Counted from the first letter of the stretch, positions 39,701-54,700 are shown. The stretch is 64,000 nt of DNA from an uncultured Planctomycetales bacterium (GCA_964645795.1 CAZYCL010000002.1:272352-336351); one strand, 5' to 3'. Notes: a model not told the origin generated them from the sequence alone. A program made the numbers and translations.

Positions 39701-42700
39701 CCGTTAGACGCCTCAATAACCATTAAGTAAGGATATTTCCTTCCCAGGATATTACGTACTAAAAGGCGCGAGTAAAAATCGTCATCGGCAATGACCAGCT
39801 TGGGCTTAAATGCCGCATCAAGCGGCGAACTGGAACTGCCCTCGGCGGCCTTCAGTCTCTGCTGATAACCTTCTTCGATCTCCCAGACGATGTCCAATAA
39901 ATAAGGCTTCCTGGCTACGAGGTTGACATTGAAATCTGCGAAATACTGTCGGTCGTGTCCCTCAAAGTCGTAATAAGGATGCATAAAAGCCCTGAACCAC
40001 ACCGCCGCTAACGCCTGCAGCTGCAGGGAATGATAACGCTCCATCTGGATATTCTTGAAAGCCTTATACCCCAGCCGGCCGTGGGCCTTAAAATACCTCT
40101 GCGCTGCCGTCTCAAGCATAAAGAGCTTCTCAAAAAGCAGCTCCCGCGCCTTTTCAGGCCAGACTTTATAAAGCTTATTCCACCTTTCCAGGAAATACGG
40201 GTTTACGATGATCTCATAGACATCTTCTTTCTTGCCTTTTAACAGGTGGACGTAGAGCATGTGAAAGGCATGATGAACATAAGGTCTGCGTTTGTAATCG
40301 AAATGGATACGGGGGGTCGGGATGCGCACCGGTGTATATACCTCAGCGGATATCCGAATCCACTCTTTGTTTTGCTCAACATAAGATTGCCCCGTTGGGC
40401 TCGATTCATAAAAGCGCAGAAAATCGCTTACTACCTGCAGGAAGGCAGAGCTATAATGTCTGGAGCTTGACTTAAAATGCGGATACAGCTTGCGCAAATA
40501 AGCCCTCTGCTCTCCTGTTATATACCTCCTGCGCGCGATCACGGGCGAGCTCAGGCTTGTGCTAGGGTCGATTATCTCCGGGGTCAGGAGGCTTGACTTA
40601 TTGTCCCATTCGCTGAACAAGCTTACCTTAATATATATCTCGCCAATGGGCAGGTCCAGCTGGCGCCTCATTGACAAAAGCAGGGATTCGAACTTCCCGG
40701 TATCGGAAAATACCGGGCGCGTAGTCTCTTCGAATATAACAAACCCGGCTTTTCTTAAAAGCTCTTCGAGGTGGCCGGTTGTCCTTCTGCACGCCGAAGC
40801 AGCCTTATCAACGTGGAAATCATGGTCCACCCTTTTTACCAGAAAATCCCTGCATCCTTTCAAGAGGGCTATAGCACATGATATATTCACCAGCATAAGG
40901 CCAAAGCCGCGCCGCCGCTGGAAGCTGCTGATCTCTATGCCGACATGCTCGTTTCCCGTATAGACACTGTCATCGGCAATAGCCGTCTTCGCTGCCGCGT
41001 CAATGAAGAAATACCTGAACCCTATGCGCCTGCCGCGGGAGTACAACTGAAGCAGGATATTCTCCCGGCCTTCAGCAGCCAAATATGAAGACAAGGTTAT
41101 CGAGAACTGCTCATCATGCAGCTTAATAGAGACTCTTCCTGTTGATATCAAATATCCGGCTATAAGCTCGGTTGTGTTTACGGGAGAAGATGCCTCGTGA
41201 TCTTCCTTCCACCAGACGCCTTTTTCCTTAAGCTCTCTCTCCGAAAGCACCTCGCCTTTCCTGCCGATAACACGGTTGGGCATACTCAAACGCACGCTCT
41301 TTATGATAAGCGCACCTTCTTTTTCCGGGTCCTTGCCGAATATCCTGGGGCACCCTTGCCTAAGCTGCAGGATCTTTTCACCAAGCTCATTATCATGCTC
41401 GGCAAGCTGCGGCATATAGGTGATCGCTGAGGTAAGAAGCTTTAGGAGCTCCATGAACCCGAGCTTGCCGTGATCAAAGAAGTACTGATTGAATTTGTAG
41501 CGGGCGCCCAGCGCAGGGTCAATCTCCAAGAGCTTTCTGAATAATAGCGACTTGTCGGTGATAGTATTGCCTCTTACTTCTTTACAATCGGAAAGCCTGA
41601 ACTGATCCGATACCGCGATATTAACGTAGCCGCGCATTACTTTCTTGATCGTCCTGCGCTCATCTTTGATGTTTATCTTTTCCAGCATCCTGTCGGCTGT
41701 CTCCAGCAACAGTTCGCGTAAATACGGAGGCCTTTTAAAAGGAAGGTAGCCGGACAAAAGGATGATAATACTGCCCTTGGCTTCGTTAAGGCAATACTTC
41801 TGCCAGGCCGGCAATTCTCTGTCAGGCTTTATATCGGCGGCATATAAAGCGAGGTTGTCGGATTTAATGCCCTCGATGCTCCTGAACCCGAAAACAGAGG
41901 CGACATTATGTTTGACTGCCGAAATAACCGTGCTGTAAAACAGGCGCCTGGCCTCTTCCCGCGCGTCCGGACCGACGCTTAACTTATTATCCAGCTTCTT
42001 CCTTCTGTCCGGGCCCAAGGCTTCGCAGCCCTCCCACCATACCCCATTCTCCACAACTTCCTTGTCTCCAAAAGCGTACTCGGCATCAGGCTTATTTTCG
42101 TTCCTGATAACATACTGCTTCTTGGCTACCTTGGAAATAGACGCTGCCTTTATTTTGCTCAGGGGTTTTTTATGCAGCCACTTGGCCGCTCGGATATGGT
42201 TGGCTTTCTGGACAGTAACCAATAACTCGCTTTTTCCCGCAACCAATAGCTGTACCGCCTTGCGGCCGTATAACTCGCCTAAAAGGGTGTCGTAGCCGTT
42301 GGAGGGCAGGCCTCTTAGGATATACCCCAATATGGAAAGGCGCACATTCTTCATTACCTCGCTTTGAGTCCCGTATCTTAAATCTGTCCCGAAGTAATGC
42401 GGATACCTATGCCTTATCTGCTTGTATAAAAGCGCTATGTCCTTATCAAAACCGGAAAGGCTGGGCAGATAACGTAGGGCCAAAGACAGGTACTCGGATA
42501 TGCCGGAAAGTTTAGGATTGCCGTGCGGATCCCTCTGCCCCTTGGAATGGAACTCCTTATCAAGGAAAGGAACTATTTTTAAGAAGTCGTAAAAAAGCGT
42601 ATTCTCGGATTCTCTGTGCGCAGGGCTAAAATCTTTAAAGTTATACCCTTCTGACATGGCTATGCTCAGATACCCGTTATAGAATATAAACTCCAGAGCG

Positions 42701-45700
42701 TGCGTAAGGACGCTCTTAAAGGATGCGCCTCTTTCCGGCAGCAGTATGAACGAAGACCCGCCGATGCCTTGAGCAGCCAGATAAGTGATCCAGCCGGCAT
42801 CCCTGCCCATGAACTCTAATACCTGGATGAATTGATTGTACTGGGCCAGTTGGTGCGCGCGCATATAGAGCCTTCTGGCCTCGGCAGCTGCGGTATTTGC
42901 GCCTAATGGCTCGGCAATAAAATCGTAATCTATTGTCTTCGGTATGGCGATTGTGGGAATGCCGCACTTTGCCAACTCGCCGGCCTGTTTGGAATGGTCG
43001 TCTCCTCCGATGAATATGACGCCTTTAAATAATCGGCAGTTCTCCAGAATATTGGCTTTTTTATCGCTGAACTTTGCGCGGGAAGAACCTATATGGATAC
43101 TCGGCATGCCTTTTAGCCTGGAGATGCCTCGCTCATCGACGATCACCAGGTAATCCACGAACTTATCAGGATTGGCTCCTAGTCCGTCAAAGCCGTCAAG
43201 GACTCCCAGCACGGTGAAGCCTAGCCTCTCTGCCTCCCTGACTACGCCATAAAAGGCGGTATTAGGCCCGGCGCAATCCCCTCCGCTCATAGAGAAGAGA
43301 ATGGTCTTTCTCGGGTCGATGCCGTGCCGCCTCAAGAAAGAACGCAGCCTTCTGTCAACCGGCGAGCTGCTTTTATTCCTCAGCCTAAGCGTAAGCTCGA
43401 TCCTTGAACCGATACTTCTGGACTCCGTTGGAATATATTTTCTGGCCTGCTGCAAACATACAAAAACATCCTGTTTGATATCCAGATAGCGCCGGTTTTC
43501 GCGACAATCTTTTTGGGGTAGATAATCCTCTACCAAACTCAATATTCCCCTGGTAAATTTCAATATCTCATCCAGCGTCTTTTCGGCTGAGCCTGCTTTT
43601 GTCCAACTTCTTCTGTCCAGATTAATAACATAGGTATCCGCGCTTGCCGGACGGCGGATTAAGCTTATTTCCACTAACTTATCCGTATAGCCCTCTTCTG
43701 CCTTGAAATAAAAGATGGTCTGTTTGGACAGGGTTGGCTGCACAGCAACAGGTTTTAAAGAAAGGGTTAAGCGGGCAGGCGACCCTTTCTCATTAAAGGA
43801 ATAAATGGTCTTCTCGAACCGGAAAACGTGCGGATATGTTTCTATACGGCTGGATAATTTGCGGTTATTCTCGATCATGAATGACCATAAACCTTTTACG
43901 GTATCTGCAAAGAATGCTTTTTCGGCAAGCGGCGAACTGGAAGCAAAGATAAACTCCTTCCGGGAACTATCCAGGCTTTTGCGCAGCTCAAACTCAAGGA
44001 TTATGCCTGCCTGCTCTTTGGATATCCCCAAATCATGCGCGACCAGCTCTTCGGCATCATAGCCGTCTATTCCTATGCAATTAAGCACTAAAATCTTAGC
44101 CGCGGGTATGCTCAGTTTACCATATTTAACCATTAAGGCCGCGACCGTAAGTTTGGCATACTTAAGCTTTAATTCCCAGTAAGCGTCCAGGTTATAACGC
44201 GACCTATAGATTTGCAGTCTACCAATCGCCTCCGGCATATTGATCTTTCCAGTTATGAACTTCCCGTAAATATCACCTACTAGGGGTATTCCATCCGCGG
44301 AAAAATCTATGATTTCAGCCTTCCTAGCCGCCGTAAGCGGCATATTGCCTGCCTGCTTAATCATAGTAAAAAGGCTGGCGAACATCTCTGCCGTATTACG
44401 GAAGCTGTCTATGAACCGGTCAAAGATCGCCTGCATTGCTTTTGCGATCACGAATTCAGGCTTTCCTGCCATATTTAGGCAATTGCGCACGCTCTTATAG
44501 GCCTGGGCCGCATTATAATTATTCGGCTCGGACAAATAATCGAAAAGTTTTCCGGCTGCCTCGGCAGTAATAGAGTGCCTGTCTCTCATGAACTCGGCCA
44601 GATGGACCGCCGCGGATATGCTGTAGAAAAATGACTTGTTGCCGGTACTTTGGTTCTGGTCAGCCTGGATAAGCCTTATTATCGTAGATATCCTATCTTC
44701 TTTGTCGCTTATAAAATCTTTTATCGCTCTTGCTTCTTGTTCGTTAAGCCCGAATTGAACGCTTATGGTATCAACAATCATATCTCTTCTGTTGCTGTTA
44801 ATCACCGGCGAACAAACACCTGGCTGTCTTGGGAAGTCTTTAGTGAATTTATATAAACGCAAAAGCAAAAGCAGTCTTGCGGCTTTCCCGCTTATAGCCC
44901 TATCCTTTGATCTTGCGGCTTCAGCCAAGTAATCAATGGCCTCAGAAACTTTATACCCTAACTTCAATATTTCATTGCCAAACTCGGTGGGTTTAACCAT
45001 AAGCAAAGCATTAATGATCTCTACCGCGTGAATATAGGGATAAAAAGCTGCCCCCTTGGCCAGGGCGAAACCTTTAAGGTACTCGCGTAAAGGCCTTAGC
45101 CAGCGGCTGTCAAAATTCGCGGCGTTAAAGCTGACAGACTCATAATCCAGCTTAATGCGCTGGCCATCTGCATCGCAGCGAAGGCGTAGCCCTTCGCTTG
45201 AAACATGAAAAGCATCATCCAATGCCTCCAGCACGGAATCGCCGTTAAAACCTTCAAATTTTATCCCGGTCTGAGGATCTTTATCATCCAGTGTCGGATC
45301 AGAAACCGTCCTCATCAGCCCATCCTGGTTATGTACGATCACCGGAGTGCCAAGGGCCATGAATTCAAGATTGGTTATCCCACCCGGTTCACCTTCCTCG
45401 CCTCCGGAAGCCATAATTAGCCAGCTGGTCCCCAGGAGCAGAGCCCTGAAAACACCGAATTCTCGCACCTGGTCAAGGAAGCTGTTGCGGTAGTAAAACT
45501 GTCCTTTGAAATCAGGGTTGTTTTTTATCCTTTGAAGCTCTTGGTTAAAATAGGCGCCGTGCGGCCCGGGCTCGCAAGGTCCTATAATAACAACTTGGAT
45601 GCGCTTGTCGCGGCGCATGAATGTCTCAAGTACCGTTTCCCAGCGGCCGATAGAAACGTTATATTTATATTCAAGCAGGAGCCCGAATCCTTTTTGTCTT

Positions 45701-48700
45701 GAGATCCGGTGTAATGAGGTAAATATATAATGGCAGTGTGTTTCACTGTCAGGCGCTAACCCCAGCGTTTCCTGAAGAGTCGCCTTGGAGCCAAAGCGAG
45801 CCTTAATAAATACTTCCCGGAAAAGCTTCAGCCTCTCCCCCAAAGAATATATCTCATATATGCTTTTCTTTAAAAACAGCACTCTCTTCTGCAGCTCTGC
45901 TGCCCGCAATCCGTTCTGAATTCCGATGAACCTGCCCTCATTATGAAGACGGTGATACACAGGACCGTAACGGAAGATATGCCCCTCTCTTAAAATTCGG
46001 TCGCGGATACCAATGCTGGGCGTGAAGACCGCGTCCGAGCAGTTTATCGCCATGTATAAAGGAGAGATTTCGCCTGATTCGGAGTCTTTAAGAAGGTATT
46101 TCTGATGCCAGGGATCAAAACCCGCGACCCTGACAAAATAATCTTCTTTTTCCACGTCGTTTGATTCATTTATATTCAGGTTGTATCCGGGATGAGGATT
46201 GTGGAGAACGCAAACAATGCCAGTATTGTTGAAATGTTCGTCATTTCTTAGCTCGGAATATATCTTGAGGAATCCCGGAGTAAGGAAGGTAGGCCATTCG
46301 TTTAGCTGTATGATGGAAGGATAGATATTAAGAGCCCGCATCGCCTTGAGCGCCCCCAAAGAAAACAGGTGCGCCCTTCTTAGCTTGTCTTCAACGCTAT
46401 ATCCTCCGTAAGGGGTATCGCAATAGAACATATTTTCCAGATATATAAGATTTACCTTGCCGTGCCTGGCAACGGCTAAAGGAACATGCTGGGCATTGCC
46501 ATACGAAACAGGCTTGCCTCTTGTAAAGCCTTCGGGCAAATCTATATATACCTTATAATTTACAAAGCGCGGGCGGTAATGCTCGAATATGGTATTACGG
46601 TTGAATTCATAAAGCAGGTTTATGAGCCAGACGTCAAAGCCGTAATCGGCCAGGGCCTCGGTAAAATCATTGATGTAAGTATTTACTCCGCCCTTCGGAC
46701 CGCTGTAGCGAGATTCTGGGGAAACAATGGCTATAGTCCCGAAGGTCTTGGCAAGCAACACTTGGAAGGCTGCCTTTCGCGTTTCGGCCGCCGGCATATA
46801 CATTCTACTTACGGCTAATCTTGCCAATAGATACTCGGCCCTTTTCTGCAGCTCCGGCCTGGCCTCAATAATGTCCTTGAAGATACTAGACAAATTCCCG
46901 ATGCTAAAATTGCTTTTGGACTCTGCCAGGCGGGAAGCCTTTCTGAAAAAGAAAGCAAACTTCAAGCTTGCCCTCAGCCCCTTCTTTTCAAGTACGGATA
47001 TCAACGCTTTAGCCGCATAATTACTCTTGAGTCGATCGGACTTGCTGTAATTATTGTATTGCGTTAGAGATTCTTCAAACTTCTCTCCCTGGAAAAACCG
47101 GCCTGCGCTTAACTTGCAACGCTTCGGAAAGCCGACAAAATCCAAGAACGCCTGCTCCAAACGAAAACGCCTCTGCCCTAAGCCGTTCTCTAGGGGGGAA
47201 GAAACATGCTTAATAGCCCGGATAGCTAACCCTATTGCCTCCCTCACCGCCTTGCGTTTATCATATTGGTATTCTGTAAGAGAAGGCATGGCGGGCTCTC
47301 CAATATGTATTAGCGCATCGATAGCGATGTCTCTGAGATGCCGAGGCTCTTGAAAACCTGAATATGCGTATCCCAGTGCCGCATCAGCTAAAGCGATTAA
47401 AACAGCCATTACCCCGGCTGCCCCTCCGATTCGCCCTAAAACATATATCCTTCTACTCAAAGAAAGCATGCCGGATTTAGCCTCTTGCCAGTCTCCAGGA
47501 GTCAAGAGCCTTAAAGGCAAAGGCGAACTAACAAATGGATTGGTCAATTCGACTTCATTAACCCGCAATTTTATTTCCCCGGATGAAGATCTAGGTGTCC
47601 AATCTATAAATATTTCCCTGCCTATAATTGTTTCTTCATCACCAAACTTTATGCCTATCTCTATTCTTTGCTCTATGAGCTCCCACATTCTTGGGTCATG
47701 TTCAATATGACGGCTATCATGATTTACTATACTGACTTTAATGATAATGTTATGTGGTGTTGCGCGTACCTGAAAAATCTTGCATATTTCTTCTAACTGA
47801 GCTGAATTAAAAAGTTCGGAAGCTGGAACAGAATAGCCGGCTTTGATCCAGGGTGTACGGGTATTATTTTTTAGCGGAAAAACGTATTTGTAATGGCCGC
47901 GGTTGGAGCCGTAATAAATATTCGCTCGTTTTTCGCGATATTTCCGGAGAATTTTTACTTTTTCCCGACCGATAGAATCAAGTCTTTCTATCTTTTCTTT
48001 GTCGATTTCTGCATAATACTCGTGAAACCTTTTCCTTACTTCATTCAAGAAAATTTCGGTAATCCGCTTGTTGCTTCCTTCATTTCCTAAATTACCCACT
48101 AACAACATGATATCCTGGAAATCATAGTAATGCACGCTATCCATATAATCAGCATAATCAGCAAATTTAATATAACCTCTTTTGTATAACCAAGATAGCG
48201 AACGCATGACTATCTTGATATCGCAGTCATATAAATCTACAATTCTTTTCCGGGCACTTTTAGCGATCTTGCTAAATTTATACGTAACCGGGGAACTGAT
48301 TACGATTTTTTCTTTAGCGTCGGGATTTTCGGTAAGCGCTTTCGTTTCGTGGTAATAGAATACGCAGCTAATAAGCAGTGACGAGTTCGGGGTTGTCAGC
48401 GAGGTCGGAATTGACTTTGGAGCGGATAGAATAGGCGAGTTCATTGGTAAGCTCAAGCCAGGAGCCAGCCAAGGACCTGCCCTTAACCGAACCATTCTGG
48501 CCGATAAAGAAGCTGAATTCGCAAGACCAATCAGAATACCTTGCATAAACGAAGATACCTTCTTCAGTGCAAAGGAAACGGGTGAATGAAAAATCGGACA
48601 GCTTAAACATAAGCCCTCCTTTTGTTCTGTTTCCAATTCTAGCCTCATGGGCAAACTGCTCTGTTTTCCTTCTATTGGCGAGCCTGTAAATTTTCTGATA

Positions 48701-51700
48701 TTTTCAAATAACTCATTTCTAGCAGTGTTTGCGTTTTCATCCAATCCGCCAAGAAGCCTAGGCCAATCCCAAGAGGAATCAATATGCTCCCATTCTCTTT
48801 CTCCTAAAACTTTTATTATCCTATTCTTATAGAACCACTCTTTCCAATTCTCCTTGATTGTTTTGGTAAATTCATCAGCTAGTATGAACATATCCCCGCC
48901 TTGAAAGTAAGCATGTTTATCTTTTTCATATTCAATTCTACATAATTTTCTTACAGCTAAATCCATAAATTCAGAACGAGGAAGCTCTAAATCGTAATCT
49001 AACCCTAAATGTTTAAATACCGAAATTAAATCTTTTCCTATCCAATCAGGCTCTATTTCATTATCCATTTCATACGGATTTTCAAAAGATTTCCACTGCG
49101 TGTAAGACAAGCTAAAGTACCTATGAATTAAAGGTAGACTGTAACCCAATAACTTACCAATATGGATGCCCCCTAGATAAACACGTGCAACTGCCTCTTG
49201 AGCTAACTTTTGCCCCCTATAGGCTTCATTTATCCATAATCCGCAAGAGCACAGACTTGCGCCATATGGACTAACTACAACGGACACACTACCCAAGCGT
49301 GCTTCATTTTTACTATACAGTGTTAATCCTAACCAAAGTAAATCATTGGCTCGCTTTAAGAAATTCCATTTTTCTTTTATCTCATGGCTGTAAATAATTA
49401 CGGGTGAAGACTGTTCTGATATCTTTAAGTACGCCAAGTCTGCATCTGTGCCCCTGCCGGTATGAGAATTGGATTCATGCAGCTTGATTGACGATCCGGA
49501 TTTCAAGACAAGGCGGATATTGACGTGCGGCTCACGCTCACTTATTGGATCCATTCCTGTATTATTGCGCCAGATGAATACTGCGATATGAAGAGGCAAT
49601 GATTTCTGATGGGAGACTATTTCAGCGATATTATCTACCTGTTCTTTTGAAAAATACTGCTTAATTGTCCCTTCCTGATTGTATTTTTCATCCCAACCAT
49701 GTCCACCGCATCTTTCATGGTTTTCTGTGACCTTAATTTTGACTTTTAAATAAGGGGTGTAACCGGTTAATCCCAAGTTCACTAAGGCCTTCCTTGCTTT
49801 TTCCCGCACTGGTCCAGCGCAGTCAATACGCTCATCAACTTCCGTAACGAACTCACCCGGTGAAGAATGGTGATCTCCATAATCGTAGTTAGTAACCGTC
49901 CCCACCCTCACTTTAAGCTGGGTTAGTCCTTTAAGGATCAACAGCAGGATATCAAAATATGGCCCGCGGTATTTCTTCTTTAGCTCTAAGACGATTTCGT
50001 CTATTGCCTTACAGACGTTGGTAAAACCTGTTTCATCCAGCTTATAGGTCTTACCCCAGGAATGGATTTCTTCAACAACTTTATAGTCCTGGGACATATT
50101 AAGAAGCCTTGTGTATAATTCAGAGTTACGTTCAAGCGGTGAGCTGGAAAAGTTAGAATTACCAAAAAATTGTCTTATTATCTCATTGTATCTATATGCG
50201 TCTACTCCAACACAAGATACCTCTTCAATCATTTCTCTCTCTGTAGCATCTTCATATATTTTTAATGATTCCGCTTCCGTCTTGCCTTCCTGCTGGACAA
50301 ATAAAATCTCACCCGAAACCTCTAAATATGCTACTCCTGTGCCAAATTTGCTAGGCCCCTGGAATCTACGTGGATATATATATATACTGTAATTTGGTTT
50401 ATGATAAGTAAAGACTAAATTATATGGCTGGTTCAATTTGTGTAATATAGTCGCCAGTTTCAAGATTTGTAGTTGCAGATTTTTAGCATCTTCACTTACT
50501 AGAACAACAGTCCTTAATAACCAATTAGGCAGATCCCAAACAGAAACATTATTGATTTCGCCAATAAGCTTACTGTTAGTTGCGGATTCTATTTCAACCG
50601 GCATATATGTATCCGGATAATCCAGGGCCTGCAGGTGCAAGTGGTTGACTGAAGCGAAAGCTCCTACGCTGTTATAAGTGACCTTGTAACTACCTCGCCC
50701 AACCATATTCAGCATGCCTAACGAAACAGATGCTGCTTGAGAAATAAAATATTGATTATGTTCGTTAGATCTTTCCGGAGTAATAAGAATGTGGCCTCTC
50801 AAAAAAGGACTCACATTAACAACGATATCGGTTTCAATGTCTACAATCTTGATTCCTTGTACAATAATTTCGCTTTCATTTACTTTATTGAAATTAAATT
50901 TACTTTTGTCAAACGGCTGATACAACGAGCTGGTATCCATCTGTACGGGTCTCTTCCCAGATCTTTTAGGGTTAAACATAGCCTTGAGTCTGCCTGCTGT
51001 TTTTCTTCTAAGCTCTGATAAGTCATACTTGAATATTTTTCCAGTAGCAAATTTATAATCCCATGAGCCTATTATCGCTTCGTAGAAATTAATTTTTCCT
51101 TCATTAACCAAGGCAGCTAACTCGTAGGGCGTGGTTTCTTGGTAATTTATTTTTCTATCAAGCGGCGAGCTGACATCACCATATTGGGATTCGGCAAGAT
51201 CAATAAGTATTTTAAAGTTAAAAAAGTTTGAGTATTGGGATAGGGTGTTCCTGAAGAAGCTGGTTCCTATATCTATATGGGGCTGGTATTGGAATGCGGA
51301 TAGGGGGCTTGAGAAAACATTCTGTTTTCTTGCCCATATGTAAAATAAAGTAGATAACTCAGGATTTGGCCAGAATATATCCCTCCACACCTCTATAATC
51401 TTTTTAACGGAAGAGAATCTATCCCTAGGCAGATCTTTCCCTATAAGCCTATTTACTCTCGCTCTAATGTCATTAAACATCTCATCGGGTTTTCTGAGTG
51501 CTTTTAAGACTATTCTTCTCGGAGTGCCCAGGCTAAAGGCCAACCACATGACATCATTAAGATTCTCTTCCAAGAAGTCTCTTTCGTTTCCTTTTATACT
51601 TTCAATAAAGAAACCTGACTTCTCTACCATTTCCTTCAAACTATTGCAATCAAAATGATAATGGTGCTCACCGTCACGGAAGTTGACTTCATTCCAACGG

Positions 51701-54700
51701 GTAAAGGCAGAAGCGGTAATTAAAGAAGATACATTGGGGACGGCGGCAATAAGCAATGTCCCTCCGGGAACTAAAATATCATAAATATTCTTTAACACGC
51801 TGACTGGATCAGGCAAATGTTCGATAGTAGCAACTAAAGTGATGATATCAATATTTTTCAATGGCAAGCTGTCGATATCAAGAGGAAGCACGCCACGTTT
51901 AACCTGCAGGCCATGTTTAAGTGCATTATTAACGGATTGTCTTGAAGGCTCTACACCGGCTAAATTCTCTAGCGGCCAACCATACTCTTTGTTTAGCGCT
52001 AAAAGCAAGTCGCCGTTAGCGGTACCAACATCTAACAAAACGCGCTGCTTATAATCATTTCCGTATTCTTTGACTGCCCAATTGTAAATAATCCTACCTA
52101 TCTGTATGGCTTTTTCGTAAGAAGGGGCTTTTAGATTCAATCCGCATGTTTTCTGTGTTCCATATCTTGCGAAATATTTATCTCTGGTGACCACCTGAGG
52201 ATTATTAAAAACAAGCCCGCATTTAGTGCAATGGACTATTCGCGAAGGCCCGATAATAATCCTGACTTCATTATCTGAGCTTCCGCAATTATTACATTTA
52301 ACACAACGCCATTCACTTACCAGAGAAGGCAATACCCAATCAAAATGCGTGATTCGTTGTTTTATTGTTCGGATAAACATATCTTCGGGATAATAAAACA
52401 TAACGCCGTCAATTGCCGCCACAATCTCGGGATAATGCATTATCCCCACTTTTTTATTACGCGGGAAAAGATCAACGCTCAACTCACTCAAAGCAATAGT
52501 TCGTATATTTCTATCGTTTATACGCATGCCTTCTGTTACTTTTTTTACAATCTCTTCCTGACATTTATCAAACGAGGCAACTATAGGCCACATTTTTGTT
52601 GTTGATATGGAAGACAATATTTGTTTCTTCGATGGATTGCCAGAAATAAATGAGAGATATCTATTCTTACCCAACCACTTAACTAGAGACTTGTTCCATT
52701 TACATTTAAAATAAAACTCCTGAAGCCATGAGTAGTTAATCACAACATATGCCTCTTCGCAGGAATGAGGATTAATTTTAATCTTTATTGGAATAAAAAC
52801 GATATCCTGGAAGCTATCCCGTAAATTGCTATATCTACGGTAATCCTGTGTTTTCCTATTATGATCGATAAACAGAGCTTGATGTTCTGAATATATTGGA
52901 GAACTATTCTTTACTATCTTAGAGCTAGAATTGACCAGGGAACCTGCAGGTGAAGAGATCATCAGCAGGCTATTCTCAACTATCTTCTGGCTCATGGCAA
53001 AGAAGGCTTTAATAGAGAATAATTTGGCACACACGAGGGCGCCGTATTTAGCAGTTATGAGGCTAGATCTGGACAATTTGTTTTGAAGCGGTGAGCTTAT
53101 CTTTGACTCGATCTTATTCTTAAGTTGAGCTAAATCCTGTTTATCTTTCTCCGCTTCCTGACTGAGCTTGGTTAACTCCCGTTGTTTGATGATGAATTGA
53201 CGGCCTAGTTCGGCCCTGGCATTCTGTAGCTCTGTTAAATAAGCACGTGCCGCTTCCAGCCTTTTCTTACTTGATTCTAAGGATATTCTTTGTTCTTTTA
53301 AGCCGGCTTCCAGTATTATGGTGATGCTATTTCTGGATTCTTTTTTGACCTGGACATAGCCTTCTTCTATCTCTTTTACATCCTTGGATATCTTGTTATA
53401 AATGGTCTCTTCGTCCCTGAAGGCCTTGCTTGCGGACTCAAGCTTGGGATCTTTGGTTATAAGTTGTTCATTGAGCTTTTCGACTTCGCTTGTTAGATCA
53501 GCTACCTTTGTATCCTTATCCTTTAAGGACTGCTCCAGTTCCTCTATCCTTTTAGCTATCTTTATTGCCTCAATCTTGACCCTATGCTCAGAGATTGCCT
53601 TTTCAATTATATTGGCTATTGCCTCTTTGCTCTGGGATTTGACATCGTTATAGTAGGATTCAAGTTCGGAAAGGGTTTGGATGATTTGGTCTATGGACTC
53701 ATATTTTGTCTTTACTGGAGAGGAGATACCTCTGGGTGACGATTGTTCTGATATTTCCAGACAACTTAAATCTACCTCTTTTCCTGTGCCGGTGCCAAGG
53801 CTGGATTCATGTAGCTTGACTTCCTGGCCGGATTCCAGGACAAGGTGGATGCCCACTTTAGGCTTATCTTCACGGATAGGATCTAATCCTGTGTTATGAC
53901 GCCAGATGGAAACAGCGATATATTGAATCGGGGACTTCTGTCTGGAGATTATCTTAGTAAGCTTATTTATTTGCGGCTTTGAGAAGTATTTCCTGGCATT
54001 CCCTGTAAAGCTATGTTTATCATCCCATTCATGGCCACCGCATCTCTCCTGGCGCTCTATAATGCCTATTCTTGTCTCTATGAAGTCGTGCGGCTTGAGA
54101 CGACGTATTACCGGAGAACTAAGCGCGCCCTCCAACCATACGCTTGTCTTAAACTGTCTAGCCTGCCCTGGCTTTAGCGCTATAAGGTTAGAGCCTTTGA
54201 TGCGTTTACTTGCCAGATTGAACATGTCTACCGATGATGTCTGCGGCTCGATACAGATAGTTTCCAGCTTATCGTGCGGCACGTAGAAGACGATGTTCCT
54301 GAATATACCTTCAGCTTCCATCTTAATGCGCAGCAATGTTTCGGGAGAGAATATGCCGCAGGCATAGTTCTTGGAGGAGCAGCGGCGTAGAAATACTTCG
54401 TCATATTGGTTATCAACGGTAATCTCTCCAAGCCTGCGGCTTCTCCTGAAATCGTACCTGTCGTTGACACGCAGCAATTCCCCGGAAGGGAAGTTATTGA
54501 AAGACTCCCAGCGCTTCTTGGCGGGGATCATCACAGAGGCGTTCTCCCGCGATGTGCCCTTATTGAATAGCACGTTAAACCAGTAATGCAGGCAATAGGC
54601 AATGGGCATTTCATGGTCGCTGCAGTTTGTGGCCTCCGCGTATGTGGCCCACCGAGCCTCTTCTAAGGCATGGGTGATTTTTAAGACAAACCCCTGATAG

